Shown here: piece by piece, positions 19,128 to 29,457 of the stretch
Numbering within the stretch: the first letter of the stretch is position 1
How the letters are laid out: every line of letters begins with the position of its first letter
Assembly (NCBI GenBank): GCA_963733295.1
Contig: CAVTCS010000003.1
Location: forward strand, 1,760,001-1,824,000
Length of the DNA: 64,000 bases
Reading direction: 5' to 3'
From: Vulcanimicrobiota bacterium
GTDB taxonomy: Bacteria > Vulcanimicrobiota > Vulcanimicrobiia > Vulcanimicrobiales > Vulcanimicrobiaceae
Notes under the pieces: generated by a model
Seen by the model: the letters and a program-made list of their open reading frames with translations, nothing else
The model's database searches: none
What the model was told of the DNA's origin: nothing
Position numbers and translations under genes: made by a program

Positions 19128-19514
19128 CTACTCGGGTCCAGCGAGGCCCATGAGATTGCCTTCGGGATCACAAAAGTGCGCGACGACGAGCTTGCCACTG
19201 GGGTTTCTCGCCGGACCCATGACGCGTTTACCACCGAGCCTCTCGACGTTCTTCAGCGCGGCGGTAACATTCGGTACGCCGACGTAGAAAATCGTGTGAC
19301 TCGCGTAATTGGCGCCTCCCCCGATGCCGCCGGGAATTCCGACGCCGTCGGGTGTCACGTTACGATCGATGAAGCCATAATTGCCCGGTTCGGAAACGTC
19401 CTCCGCTACAGGCGAGTTCGTGTCGAACCGCCATCCGAAAAGCTCACCGTAATAATCCCGGAGCTTCGGTGCGTCCTTCCCGATAATCTCGAAATGCACG
19501 ACCAGATTGCTCAA
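19128..19514 (-). CDS. VOC/glyoxalase family protein
   Basis: VVHFEIIGKD...YGELFGW...GGIGG...DPEGN; TTG at 19514. Confidence 0.88.
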   Translation of the reverse strand: MSNLVVHFEIIGKDAPKLRDYYGELFGWRFDTNSPVAEDVSEPGNYGFIDRNVTPDGVGIPGGIGGGANYASHTIFYVGVPNVTAALKNVERLGGKRVMGPARNPSGKLVVAHFCDPEGNLMGLAGPE

Positions 19515-19683
19515 GGCGACCCCCTTCCGAAGTGGCGGCACGATGCGCGACTGTTTAGCTAAATCCGCTGCCTTTGTCCTACCTAAGAAAGAGCTTCCCG
19601 AACCGTCTGCGACCTCGGCGAGGGCCATACGAGTGTCAGCACAAGCCCGCTCCAGGAGCGTAGCTTCAGCGACGAAAGTTGCG

Positions 19684-20681
19684 GCGACGCTTCTCACTTA
19701 ACAACGCCCCGCAAGCATCGGGAGTAATCGGCCTCGATCGTTTCGAAGCGCTGCCTTATGGTAGCGATTCTCGGAGCTGGGGGTCCCATTGGGACCGCGC
19801 TCGCCGATTTGCTTGTGGCGAACGGCACGCCGCTTCGCCTAGTCGCGCGACATCCAAAGGCCATGGCCGGCGCTGAAATCGCCGCTGCCGATCTTGCCGA
19901 TCCGGAGCAAACGCTTGCGGCGGTGAAGGGCGCCGACGTTGCCTGCCTGCTGGTGGGACTCAAGTACGATTTCGCGACTTGGCGAGAGCTTTGGCCGCGC
20001 ATCATGCGCAACGCAATCGACGCATGCAAGCGCACCGGGACCAAAATGCTCTTTTTTGACAACGTCTACATGTACGGGCACGTGGATAAACCGATGACCG
20101 AGGCGACGCCCTACCGTCCATGCAGCAAGAAGGGCGAGATTCGCGCGCGCATCGCCAACGAACTCATGGACGCGGTAAACGCGGGAGATCTCACCGCAAT
20201 GATCGCGCGCTCGGCCGATTTCTACGGACCACGCACGAAGAGCGGGGTTCCGAATGTTCTGGTATTCGAACCGTTCGCAAAACACGGCACGGCCTCGTGG
20301 CTCGTGAACGCGCACGTCCCGCATTCGTTCACTTTTACGTCCGACGCCGCCAAGGGTGTCGCCATGCTGATCGAAAGCGCGTCGGCGTGGAATCAAATTT
20401 GGCACCTTCCGACCACACCGGACCCGCCGACCGGCAAAGCTTTCATCCAGATCGCGGCCGCGGCGTTCGGCGTGCCCGCGAAGTATCGCGTGCTCGGCAA
20501 ACCGATGCTGCGAGTCGTGGGCCTGTTCGACCCGATCGTGCGCGAGTCGCTGGAAATGCTGTACCAAAGCTCCGGACCGTATCTCTTCGATTCGACAAAG
20601 TTCGCGACGAAATTCGGCTTCGTCGGGACTCCCTACGCCGAGGGAATCGCTATTGCAGCGAACTCCTACCTTAAGTAGAGC
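19684..20681 (+). repeat. 998-bp direct repeat, copy B
   Basis: Matches 10256-11253. Confidence 0.95.
19758..20678 (+). CDS. NAD-dependent epimerase/dehydratase, copy B
   Basis: Three amino-acid differences from copy A (N>S, L>I, T>A). Confidence 0.9.
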   Translation: MVAILGAGGPIGTALADLLVANGTPLRLVARHPKAMAGAEIAAADLADPEQTLAAVKGADVACLLVGLKYDFATWRELWPRIMRNAIDACKRTGTKMLFFDNVYMYGHVDKPMTEATPYRPCSKKGEIRARIANELMDAVNAGDLTAMIARSADFYGPRTKSGVPNVLVFEPFAKHGTASWLVNAHVPHSFTFTSDAAKGVAMLIESASAWNQIWHLPTTPDPPTGKAFIQIAAAAFGVPAKYRVLGKPMLRVVGLFDPIVRESLEMLYQSSGPYLFDSTKFATKFGFVGTPYAEGIAIAANSYLK

Positions 20682-21476
20682 GCTGCCCTCATCCCTGCCC
20701 TGTACTGCGGTTCGTGGCAGTGGAACAGGGAGATCGCTGCCCTTGCGCCCACGTACGACATCTACGCGGTAACCCTACCGGGGTTCGACGGGCGCGCGCC
20801 CGACAATACTCCCCCGCTGATGCAGCGCGCGACGAGCAGCCTTCTGCAGCTCATACGTACGCGTAAACTCGACCGCCCGATTATCATCGGTCACAGCCTC
20901 GGCGCGACGCTCGCGGTCCTCTTTGGCGAATCGTACCCGGATGCGGCGCGCGGCATCGTCGCCGTCGACGGCGGATATCCAGTGGCGCCAACGGCCGCGG
21001 CGCGCGAACGGCGGGCTGAAGCGAGCTCGAAACCGTTTTTTGGTGTCGACGCGGCAACGTTTGCGCGAAACCTGCGCACCCTTCAGCTGCAGTACGTCAT
21101 CACGAGCAAGCGCGATGTGGATAGCGTTTCTCGGTATGCCGACCGCAGCGACCCCACATCCGTCGCGCTGTGGATGCGCGCTGCGCTTTCCATGGACCTG
21201 ACGCCGAAACTGGGCGTCATTTGGGTTTCGTTCACCGAGATCGTGCCCTACAGCGAGGAGATCGATCCCTACAACGGTTTCCCGTCACTCATCGCCAAGC
21301 GCGACGCGTACCTGACGTGGCTCGCGCATGCCGGCGATGGCCACCTCGTCATGATCGACCATTCTCGTCACTTTGTCATGTTCGACCAACCTCAAGCCTT
21401 CGATTCCGCCTTGCTCTCAACGATCGCGCAGATCGTGGCGCACGGCGCCCCTCTAACGCACGGGGTTGGGCGCTAG
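20682..21476 (+). pseudogene. 5'-truncated alpha/beta hydrolase
   Basis: Frame upstream of ATG 20820 reads LIPALYCGSWQWNREIAALAPTYDIYAVTLPGF with no start codon; GHSLG nucleophile elbow; SRHFVMFDQP. Confidence 0.75.
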
Positions 21477-21524
21477 CGGGACGGTCTGGCCGGGCGCGGT
21501 TCCGCAGCTTGTGAGCGCCGGAGT

Positions 21525-23993
21525 TTAGAAACGCCGGATAATCGAGAGATTGAACGCGGTGCCTTGCAGCGCGTAAGCGTCTTGCGGAATGACCTGGTTG
21601 AGTCCACCGTACGTGACGCCGCCGTTTGGATTCGTGAACTCATCGTCGTAGACGTTGGTCAAGTTGGTGCCGCTCAAACTGATCTCGTAAGACCGGAACC
21701 GGTAACCGACGTGAGCGGCAAGCGTCGCATACTGCGGCTGATTGAGTTCGTTGTACAGGCTCTCGTACACGAAATCCATGCCGTAAGTAAATCCGAGCGG
21801 GGGCGCGGCCGCGAGCGTCAGCACAAACTTGTGCAAAGGTAACCCCTGCGCTTGCTCGCCGACGACGAGCGTTCCGTCTTGAATCTCCGCCGGAATCGAC
21901 GTGAGGAAGGCGCTGCGGACTGCCCATCCAGCACGTAGCACCGTGAAGGGACCGAAGTTGTGCTGTGCTGAGAGTTCTATCCCTTGATACACGCCGTCAC
22001 CCGCGTTCACCGGATAGCTTAGGGGGCATTGCGTTCCATCGCCCCCCGCCGAGATAGGCCCGCATTGGGGATTCAGCGGCAAGTTCAAGGGCGCGGCCGG
22101 CTGGCGCAGGTTGACGCGATAGACGTCTGCGGCCAGCGTGGTTTGATTTACTCCGCTGCTCAGGATCCGATCGAAACCAAGACCGTATTCGGTAGCTTCG
22201 TCCGGTTTGAGATTGGGATTGCCGACCGAGATGTAATTCCCGACGACGACCGGCAGCGGATTCGGGACGACCAGCTCCGGAAGCTGCGGAGCTTGAAACG
22301 TCGTTCCGGCCGAGATCCGCAGCGCAGTCCGCGAATCGGGAGTAAACACGAATCCGACGCGCGGGTCAAGGTAGTTTCCGAAAAGCGACAGTTGGCTATA
22401 ATACGCTGCCGCAATGAAGTGCAGCGCCGGGTCCGGATTGTAGGTATAACGTAGCGCCAGCGAGCGCATGGTTTGGCCCAGCGGGAGGCTTTGAACACCC
22501 GCAGTCGATGAGCTCGATCCGGACGAATCGTCCGGGGTGCGTCGCACGACGTCCTCCTCGTTCACCACGCCGGAGACAAAATCGGTGAGCAGCTCCTCGT
22601 TACGAATTTCGTATTGCAGCGTCAGCGCTCCGTTTCCGATGCGGTGCTCTAACTGCAGCGTTTCGTCGTTCAGCTGATCGCGCGAGTTGTCGAGATAGGG
22701 TGATGTATCTGCGCCTGGCCCGAAGACCGACTCGTCGACCACGGAACCGTAATGTCGGAAGAGGAGGGTAGTGGCGGCAACGCCGCTCGGACCGGCGGCC
22801 CCGAGCGGTACTGAGACGTCGAGACCGTATGCCGAGTTGTGCGTCTGCAGCGTCGTGCCCGCGAAGCTGTCGACGATCGGCATTCCGGGCGGCGCCGCTT
22901 CACTTCCGTCCGGCGTCGCATAGGTCGTTAAGCCTGCCGAAAGGTCGCGGAACGAGCTTTGGTCGTGAAACGAAAACTCGGCGTAGCCCGCGCCCGAACC
23001 GAAGGCATAGCGAAGTTTCGCGATCGTCGAAGATCCGATGTTCTCGCTGCCGACCTGCTGAATCGTGCCGCTCGGCTGGTTAAAGACGAACTCGTTGACT
23101 TGGCCGTCGCCACCCTGGCGGTGTAACGATACCGCGTAACCGAGCCGAGCGTCGAGCGTGCCCGTCGTCTGCAAGGTTGCTCCGAAGGAATCAAACGAGC
23201 CGTAGTTCAGGCGAAAGAGGCCGTGCGCGTCCGCCGTCGGCTCGATCGTCCGGATGTTGATGGCACCGTCGATCGTGTCGGGGCCGACGAGCGACGAGGG
23301 CGAGATGCCGCGCACGAGCTCGATCGAGCTGTAGTCAGCCGGGTCGAGCAACGAGAGATCGAAATCGCCGGTATTGCCGTTATTGATTTGGTGGCCGTCC
23401 ACGTCAACGAGCGTTTCGGTCGGATCGGGTCCACGAATCGCGACCGACGTTGGGAGCACCGTGCTGCCGCCACCCGCCACGTGAAAGATCGTCGTTGTCT
23501 CGTCGTCCTGTAGAACGTCACTGACGCGTGTGAAGCCCTGATCGGCGTACGCTTGCGGATTGATCTTCGTCACGGGGGTCGCCGAGGTCGAGACGGCGTC
23601 GCGCCCGTTGGTAACGACGCGTCCGATCGTCGTGAGCGATGAATCCGAACGTGCCAGCGTAAAGACGAGGCTGGTCGTTTGGCCGGCGCGCACATCGATC
23701 GTCGCGACGGCGGGATTTGCAAAGCTCACGGCACTTACCCGCGCGGAATACGTTCCCGCGAGCACCGACGCGAACGCGAAGTGTCCGTCCTCATCCGAGG
23801 TTGCGGCTAGGTGGGCAGGCCCATCCAGCAATATCCGAGCACCAGCCACTGCGTGGTTGTCGACGCTCGCAACCGAGCCCGCGACGGAGCCTTCGCTTTC
23901 CTCCGCGAGCGCGCTGAGTGGGAAAGCCAGAAGAACTGCGGCCCCGCACAGAGCGCGCCACGCAACGGAAAAGACGAGCAACTGCAAGCGCAC
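21525..23993 (-). CDS. TonB-dependent receptor with N-terminal carboxypeptidase-regulatory-like domain
   Basis: Signal peptide, plug motifs AIRG...VDG...IELVRG...GAINI, NPNLKPDE, NLTN, C-terminal F. Confidence 0.9.
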   Translation of the reverse strand: MRLQLLVFSVAWRALCGAAVLLAFPLSALAEESEGSVAGSVASVDNHAVAGARILLDGPAHLAATSDEDGHFAFASVLAGTYSARVSAVSFANPAVATIDVRAGQTTSLVFTLARSDSSLTTIGRVVTNGRDAVSTSATPVTKINPQAYADQGFTRVSDVLQDDETTTIFHVAGGGSTVLPTSVAIRGPDPTETLVDVDGHQINNGNTGDFDLSLLDPADYSSIELVRGISPSSLVGPDTIDGAINIRTIEPTADAHGLFRLNYGSFDSFGATLQTTGTLDARLGYAVSLHRQGGDGQVNEFVFNQPSGTIQQVGSENIGSSTIAKLRYAFGSGAGYAEFSFHDQSSFRDLSAGLTTYATPDGSEAAPPGMPIVDSFAGTTLQTHNSAYGLDVSVPLGAAGPSGVAATTLLFRHYGSVVDESVFGPGADTSPYLDNSRDQLNDETLQLEHRIGNGALTLQYEIRNEELLTDFVSGVVNEEDVVRRTPDDSSGSSSSTAGVQSLPLGQTMRSLALRYTYNPDPALHFIAAAYYSQLSLFGNYLDPRVGFVFTPDSRTALRISAGTTFQAPQLPELVVPNPLPVVVGNYISVGNPNLKPDEATEYGLGFDRILSSGVNQTTLAADVYRVNLRQPAAPLNLPLNPQCGPISAGGDGTQCPLSYPVNAGDGVYQGIELSAQHNFGPFTVLRAGWAVRSAFLTSIPAEIQDGTLVVGEQAQGLPLHKFVLTLAAAPPLGFTYGMDFVYESLYNELNQPQYATLAAHVGYRFRSYEISLSGTNLTNVYDDEFTNPNGGVTYGGLNQVIPQDAYALQGTAFNLSIIRRF

Positions 23994-23997
23994 GTCG

Positions 23998-24798
23998 CTA
24001 TTCGATCAGCCGGCCGTCGCGGCGAAACGGATAGGCGCGACGATCGCCGTCGATCGGAACAACGTCGGTGATTAACCGTTGTCCGTCCCAGCGGTGCAGG
24101 TGCAACGCCGGCGGCTCGAGCGTGAACAGCAACGGCGGATGCGCTGCAAGCACGAGTTGATGCGCGGTCGAGGTGCAAACCGAGGCGATTGTCCCGGCGA
24201 ATCGCGTTATCATCGTACGGTGCAGATGACCGCAGAGGACGCGCTCGACATGCGAGTGGCGCGCGACGACTTCCTCGAACGCAGCACGCCCGAAAAAAAC
24301 GTCCTCGTCCATGGACTCAATCCCGCTAGCAAACGGCGGGTGGTGAAGCACGACGACTGTCGGCCGCCGCTCGCCGGCGAGCGCGAGCTCGAGCCAGGCG
24401 AGGCGCTCGGCATCCATCTCGCCGCCGTCGTACCCGGGCCGGGTTGCGTCGAGCACGACGATCCGTAACGGCAACTCGAGCACATAACGAAGCGGCCCTT
24501 CGCGCGGCAAGTAGCCGTGATCCGAAAACGCGGCGCGCAGCGCCTCGCGGTCGTCGTGGTTCCCCATGACGAGGTAGAGCGGCGGTTCGAGCGCCGCCGT
24601 CAGCTCGCGCAAGTGCGCGTACTCCTCGGGCTTTCCGCCGTCGACGAGGTCGCCGGTCGCAAGGACGAGGTCCGGCAACGGCTCCAAGGCGTTGAGGCGC
24701 GCGATCGCTCGGCGCAGATACGCCGCCGTATCGACGACCTCATAGGCGAGCCGCTCCGGCAGCTTGACGTGCAAGTCACTGATTTGCGCGATAATCAC
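23998..24798 (-). CDS. Metallophosphoesterase, CpdA/GpdQ-like phosphodiesterase
   Basis: SDLH, TGDLVD, GNHD, HHPP, GHLH. Confidence 0.9.
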   Translation of the reverse strand: MIIAQISDLHVKLPERLAYEVVDTAAYLRRAIARLNALEPLPDLVLATGDLVDGGKPEEYAHLRELTAALEPPLYLVMGNHDDREALRAAFSDHGYLPREGPLRYVLELPLRIVVLDATRPGYDGGEMDAERLAWLELALAGERRPTVVVLHHPPFASGIESMDEDVFFGRAAFEEVVARHSHVERVLCGHLHRTMITRFAGTIASVCTSTAHQLVLAAHPPLLFTLEPPALHLHRWDGQRLITDVVPIDGDRRAYPFRRDGRLIE

Positions 24799-24850
24799 TT
24801 GTCAAACTCGAGCATCAGAGCGCCCGCCCGATCGCCATCAGGGACTCTCG

Positions 24851-26776
24851 TTAACTTACTGTGCCTGCGTAACCGGCGAGGCGCGCGCGCTCATCGTGTT
24901 GCAAGGATGCGGGCGGGAGCGTTGAGGGCGCCCAGGTATCGCCAGCCGAGTTTTTCTGCCAGGCTCCCGAGACGACACGATACACGCCGTCGTCGGCTGC
25001 GTACACGTTGGTATCCGGACCCGGAACGCTGCGCGGTCCGTGGCCGGGAAGAATGGGAGCTTGCATCGTCACACTGCGCGGCATATTGGCTTCTGCTTGT
25101 TCGCGCGCGTACGTCGTGTCGCTGAAGTTCCCGTACGTCGGTGGATTGGAAACCCAAAGCGTTCCATAGCCCGGCGTGTAGTAACCGGTCCCCTGAGCGT
25201 AACCGCCCCAGCCCGCCGCATAACCGTTAACGTAACCCGCCGTGGCGGCGTAGTAGTACGAGGCCCGATCGCCTTGCGAGAGCTCCGAGGCCGGCGTGTC
25301 GTGGTAGGTCTGATCCGGGCGGGGCGTCGGCGGCGGAGTCGGGGCCGTGGCGACCGCTCCCTGCGCGTTATAGACGTGAACGAACGTGACATGGTAGAGC
25401 GGCGAGCTCTCCGGAATCGTATAGATGACGGAGGGAACGTAGCTCGCAGCAGTCCACGGTCCGAGTGCTGACGACGCGCGAAACCAGACGCCCTGACTGC
25501 ACGCGAAGTACTGGGTAGCATCGACTTTGATGACGTCGGTCGAGGTGTTGACGGCGTACTGAAGCGACGTTGTCGGGATCGGTTCGAACACCGGCGCGCC
25601 CGAGCGATACGTTACGTGTAACTTCGCCGAGGCTGGATCGACCGAGGTTACGCGCGGAACCTGCGCCACACTTGACGCATAAAACGCCTGCGTCGTGCCC
25701 GGCACCGAGACGAGAACGCGGCCGCGCGGGCTGTCCTCCGGAATCTTCTTAAAATCTGCCGGCAAGTTCCCCGATGCGAAAGTCCAGGGTCCGTTCAAGT
25801 TTGCAGCGGAGAACCAACGCCCCGAAAGGAGCACGTACCACGTGGTCGTGTTGCGCGTAAAGAAAACGTCGCTCTTCGTATTTGTGACGTAACGAAGTTC
25901 CGTGCCGGCGATGTTCGCAAATCGCGGCTGCCCGGCGATATCGATCAAGGCGGACGGCACCGTGCTGACAATGACGTGGGGAACGGCGCCGGTTGGCTTC
26001 GGTGCCTTCAGGGCCGCGTGTACGTAGCTCAGGGGACCGGTCGTCGGGATTGCGGCAAAGCTCGCGGGCGCGACGGTAGGCGTAAACGGCCCAGAGCTTC
26101 CCGGAGACGAGTACCAGCCACTTCTTGCGTGCACGTAGTATAGGCTGTGGCTTGGGTCGTGGATGATCTCCCAGTTCGTATTGACCGCATAGGTCAAGTG
26201 CGTCCCGGCGATCGGCGCAAACGACGGTTTTCCATCAAAGACCACGAGTACGGCCGGCGATTGACGCATGTAGATGACCGGCGGGTTCGTGCGCAGTGGG
26301 ATGGTGTGCGGCCTTGCCGAGGGTGGAAGGCTCGATAACACCATTGCGAGCGGAAGAAAAGGCTTCCCGGCGAGCCGCAAGTTCGCTTTGAGAAAGGTAT
26401 CGAGCTGCACTACGTCCGCTTGGCTCGCGGTCGGCCAACTCGTCGAATCGATTTTCGGATTCACGAGCGCGACCATTCCGGAAGGCACGTCGGCGCTCGC
26501 GAGCGACGAAAAACTGAGCGTCCCATAAACCGGTGACGCCGCTCCAGGTAAGGTGACGGCGATCGCGGCGACGCCTGTCATCTGGGTGTAGTTCGGCCAC
26601 GCGCGAACCTGCGGCTCGTAGAGCCGGATCGTCCCGCCACCCGCTGCGATCGACAGCGGCCAAACGATCGGGGCAGGAGCAGCGGGTGCTGCAAAAACCG
26701 TCCTCGGCGCGGCGCTGAAGGCCATAAGCAACGCCGCGATAAGCACGGCGCTTTCAGTCTGTAAACGAATTCGCAC
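24851..26776 (-). CDS. Large secreted hypothetical protein with repeated beta motifs
   Basis: Signal peptide; repeated YAVNT/YVTNT...WY/WF...GPW/GPF units; Tyr/Gly-rich tail. Confidence 0.7.
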   Translation of the reverse strand: MRIRLQTESAVLIAALLMAFSAAPRTVFAAPAAPAPIVWPLSIAAGGGTIRLYEPQVRAWPNYTQMTGVAAIAVTLPGAASPVYGTLSFSSLASADVPSGMVALVNPKIDSTSWPTASQADVVQLDTFLKANLRLAGKPFLPLAMVLSSLPPSARPHTIPLRTNPPVIYMRQSPAVLVVFDGKPSFAPIAGTHLTYAVNTNWEIIHDPSHSLYYVHARSGWYSSPGSSGPFTPTVAPASFAAIPTTGPLSYVHAALKAPKPTGAVPHVIVSTVPSALIDIAGQPRFANIAGTELRYVTNTKSDVFFTRNTTTWYVLLSGRWFSAANLNGPWTFASGNLPADFKKIPEDSPRGRVLVSVPGTTQAFYASSVAQVPRVTSVDPASAKLHVTYRSGAPVFEPIPTTSLQYAVNTSTDVIKVDATQYFACSQGVWFRASSALGPWTAASYVPSVIYTIPESSPLYHVTFVHVYNAQGAVATAPTPPPTPRPDQTYHDTPASELSQGDRASYYYAATAGYVNGYAAGWGGYAQGTGYYTPGYGTLWVSNPPTYGNFSDTTYAREQAEANMPRSVTMQAPILPGHGPRSVPGPDTNVYAADDGVYRVVSGAWQKNSAGDTWAPSTLPPASLQHDERARLAGYAGTVS

Positions 26777-26861
26777 GGCTTCGCAGATTACACCGCGGGA
26801 GATTGGGACCTTCTCCTAAACAGCCGGCCACGCACGCAAGCCTGCGAACGTCACGCGTCAT

Positions 26862-27236
26862 CTAGCGGGAAGCGATGGGCGAATAGTCCTCGGGGATCGC
26901 GGTTCCGGCCGGGCTGACGACGACGGAGGCCATTTTGCCGCTGCAGAACGTCATGAAGATGACGGCCAGTTCTTTGCTTCCCAAATACAGCCGGCACGCG
27001 CAGTTCATCTCCCACGCGTCGTTCGGCATCTCATGCGGCGCGTCGCTGGCTCCCGGAAAAGGAGGATCGGTTCGTAAGCCGGTTTCCTTTTCCAACGCCG
27101 AGGTCTCCGCTTTTTTTGCTAGTTCGATGAGTTCGGCGGCCGACGTCACCGCCGGAATTTTCCAGCCGAGCACGCCCATCACGCGATCGCGGTATGCTTG
27201 CGTCACGCCTTTTCGAAATTCTGCATCGTTTGCCAT
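26862..27236 (-). CDS. Hypothetical protein
   Basis: 124-aa ATG-initiated ORF filling the intergenic gap. Confidence 0.5.
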   Translation of the reverse strand: MANDAEFRKGVTQAYRDRVMGVLGWKIPAVTSAAELIELAKKAETSALEKETGLRTDPPFPGASDAPHEMPNDAWEMNCACRLYLGSKELAVIFMTFCSGKMASVVVSPAGTAIPEDYSPIASR

Positions 27237-27391
27237 AACGTGGCAAACTTAGCGAACTCGTAGCCGCCGACCCCCCGAGTCTTGGCTTTTATGGGAGGGG
27301 CCGCGTTTCAGATGGCCCTATCTGGGAAGAGGCTTGGTCGACCAGTCTCATCGGACCGAAGCTCGGCGGTTCTTTGTGTTAGGAGTTCACC

Positions 27392-27940
27392 ATGTTCGTG
27401 CGATTCGTACTTGCAATTTCACTGAACCTCGCCGCGGCCGCCGCGGCGCAAGCTGCGCCGTTCGTCGTCACCTCGCCTCAATTTGGGGATAATGGGCCGG
27501 CGCCGCTCGCGGGCGCGCAGCCGGCGTGCGGCGGAGGAACCAGCGAGTCGCCGGCCCTCGCCTGGACCGGCGCACCCACAGCGACCAAGAGTTACGCGAT
27601 CATCCTCTCGGACATCGACAACTGGAGCCACGCAGGTTTAGCCGCACACTGGATCGCGTACGGAATCCCCGTGGGCGTCTCAAGCATCCCAGCCGGCTAC
27701 GGCTCGCAAACGCCGCTGCAGTACGTCTCCGGCACGAACCTCGGGAACGCGACCGGTTTCCGCGGCTACTGTCCGCCCAAGGGAGACGCCCCTCACCACT
27801 ACGTGTATACGGTTCTCGCAACCGACCTCGCTCCCGACGCGCTCGCTGCCGGGCTCACGCGCGACGCGCTGACCCTCGCGCTCAAGGGACATACGCTCGC
27901 CGGCTCGAGCATCATCGTTCGTTACGTGCAAGCTCCTTAG
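27392..27940 (+). CDS. YbhB/YbcL (PEBP/RKIP-like) periplasmic protein
   Basis: SPALAW, HW, GYCPPKGDAPHHYVYTVLATD; AGGAG RBS. Confidence 0.9.
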   Translation: MFVRFVLAISLNLAAAAAAQAAPFVVTSPQFGDNGPAPLAGAQPACGGGTSESPALAWTGAPTATKSYAIILSDIDNWSHAGLAAHWIAYGIPVGVSSIPAGYGSQTPLQYVSGTNLGNATGFRGYCPPKGDAPHHYVYTVLATDLAPDALAAGLTRDALTLALKGHTLAGSSIIVRYVQAP

Positions 27941-28415
27941 CGGCGAGCACCTTTGGCGGAAGCAGAAAGACCAACTCACCCTTTGGAGTAAATCCCTCGA
28001 GCATCTCCACGCCGGCCAGACTGCCCTTCTTCATCTCGACTCTGGCGCTGCCGATGAGCTGACCGATCGTCGCGCTCATGCTCGGCTCGTGACCGACGAA
28101 CAGGATCGCGTTCGCACCGGCGTGCTTCTTAAGAACGGCCGCGAGATGTTTGAGATCGAAATCGAGTCCGAGGTCGGCGTCCTCAACGAGTCGATCGCGC
28201 ATCTTCAGCTTTTTTGCGACGATCTCGGCCGTCTGCTGCGCCCGCACGAACGGGCTCGTCACGATAGCGTCGAGACCGAGCTCTAGGCCGGCAATCGTTT
28301 GCGCCTCACGCTCCATCTTCTCGACGCCCTCGCGCGTGAGGGGACGCTTGAAATCGTCGTCGTGCCAGTCCCCAGAATCTCTGGCCAACCCATGTCTCAA
28401 GAAATAGCAACGCAT
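27912..28415 (-). CDS. sixA: Phosphohistidine phosphatase SixA
   Basis: LRHG, RPLT, TSPFVRAQQT, VGHEP. Confidence 0.88.
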   Translation of the reverse strand: MRCYFLRHGLARDSGDWHDDDFKRPLTREGVEKMEREAQTIAGLELGLDAIVTSPFVRAQQTAEIVAKKLKMRDRLVEDADLGLDFDLKHLAAVLKKHAGANAILFVGHEPSMSATIGQLIGSARVEMKKGSLAGVEMLEGFTPKGELVFLLPPKVLAAKELARNER

Positions 28416-28461
28416 GCCTCAATTATACATGATTGAACGAGCCGCCGCCGAACGCTTCAGG

Positions 28462-29457
28462 ATGATTCGGCGCGACTTCGCTCTCGGCACTAGCGGCACT
28501 CTGGCCGCATTTGCATTCGCCCCGCGCCGCGCCGTGGCGGCGGACGGTCCACACGTCGTCGAATTCGTGCTGCCGCGCGCCGGCGCGTTTCCACACGATC
28601 CCGCGCTCGGACCTGACGGATCAATCTGGTACACCGACCAATCCACCAGCCACATCGGGCGGCTTGACCCAACGACGGGACGCGTCGTCGACGTCGCGAC
28701 TCCGACCTCCGGCGCAGGGCCACACGGCATCACCGTAGCTCCCGATGGAATCGTGTGGTTCACCGAAAACGGCGTCGGGAAACTCGGCCGGCTCGATCCT
28801 GCCTCGCTCGCAATTACGGAGTACCCGTTACCCTCGAGCGTGCACGATCCGCATACGCCGCTCGTGCACCAGGGCAAGATTTGGTTCACCGCTCAAGTCG
28901 CAAATCAGTGGGGCATCTTCGACCCCGCGAGCGGTACGGCGGAGATGCACGCCGTCGCCACGCCAAACGCGCTTCCGTACGGTCTCGCTGCGGCTCCCGA
29001 CGGTTCGCTCTGGGTGGCCCTGTTCGGCACGAACAAGCTCGGCCGGATCGACACCACGGCCCGAACCTTGCGTGAGTTCACGCTCCGCGAACCGAAGGCG
29101 CGCCCGCGCCGTCTCGTCGTCGACCGCTCGGGCACCGTCTGGTACAGCGATTACGAACAGAGCAAACTCGGTGCCTTCGATCCGCGCACCGAGCACTTGC
29201 GCAGCTGGCCCTCACCGCACGCTGACGGCGCACCGTACGGCATCGCGCTCGGCTCCGACGGTCGTGTGTGGTACGACGAGTCTCGCGCCGACACGCTGGT
29301 GGGATTCGATCCAGCCACGGAACGCGCGGTCTCGATCGCGATCCCGACAAAGGGCTCGGTCGTCCGCAACATGGCGCCCGACCTCAAGCGCAACTCAATC
29401 TGGCTCGCGCTCAGCGGCATCGGCCGGCTGGGCCAACTGAAACTCGGGACCGTCTAG
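28462..29457 (+). CDS. Vgb-like (virginiamycin B lyase) beta-propeller with probable Tat signal
   Basis: RRDFAL signal; repeated PHG/PYG...PDG.VWF units. Confidence 0.85.
   Translation: MIRRDFALGTSGTLAAFAFAPRRAVAADGPHVVEFVLPRAGAFPHDPALGPDGSIWYTDQSTSHIGRLDPTTGRVVDVATPTSGAGPHGITVAPDGIVWFTENGVGKLGRLDPASLAITEYPLPSSVHDPHTPLVHQGKIWFTAQVANQWGIFDPASGTAEMHAVATPNALPYGLAAAPDGSLWVALFGTNKLGRIDTTARTLREFTLREPKARPRRLVVDRSGTVWYSDYEQSKLGAFDPRTEHLRSWPSPHADGAPYGIALGSDGRVWYDESRADTLVGFDPATERAVSIAIPTKGSVVRNMAPDLKRNSIWLALSGIGRLGQLKLGTV

Noticed and set aside
28462..29457. Streptogramin resistance gene
   Set aside because: The Vgb-like propeller family is broad and this copy has an export signal; resistance cannot be inferred from sequence
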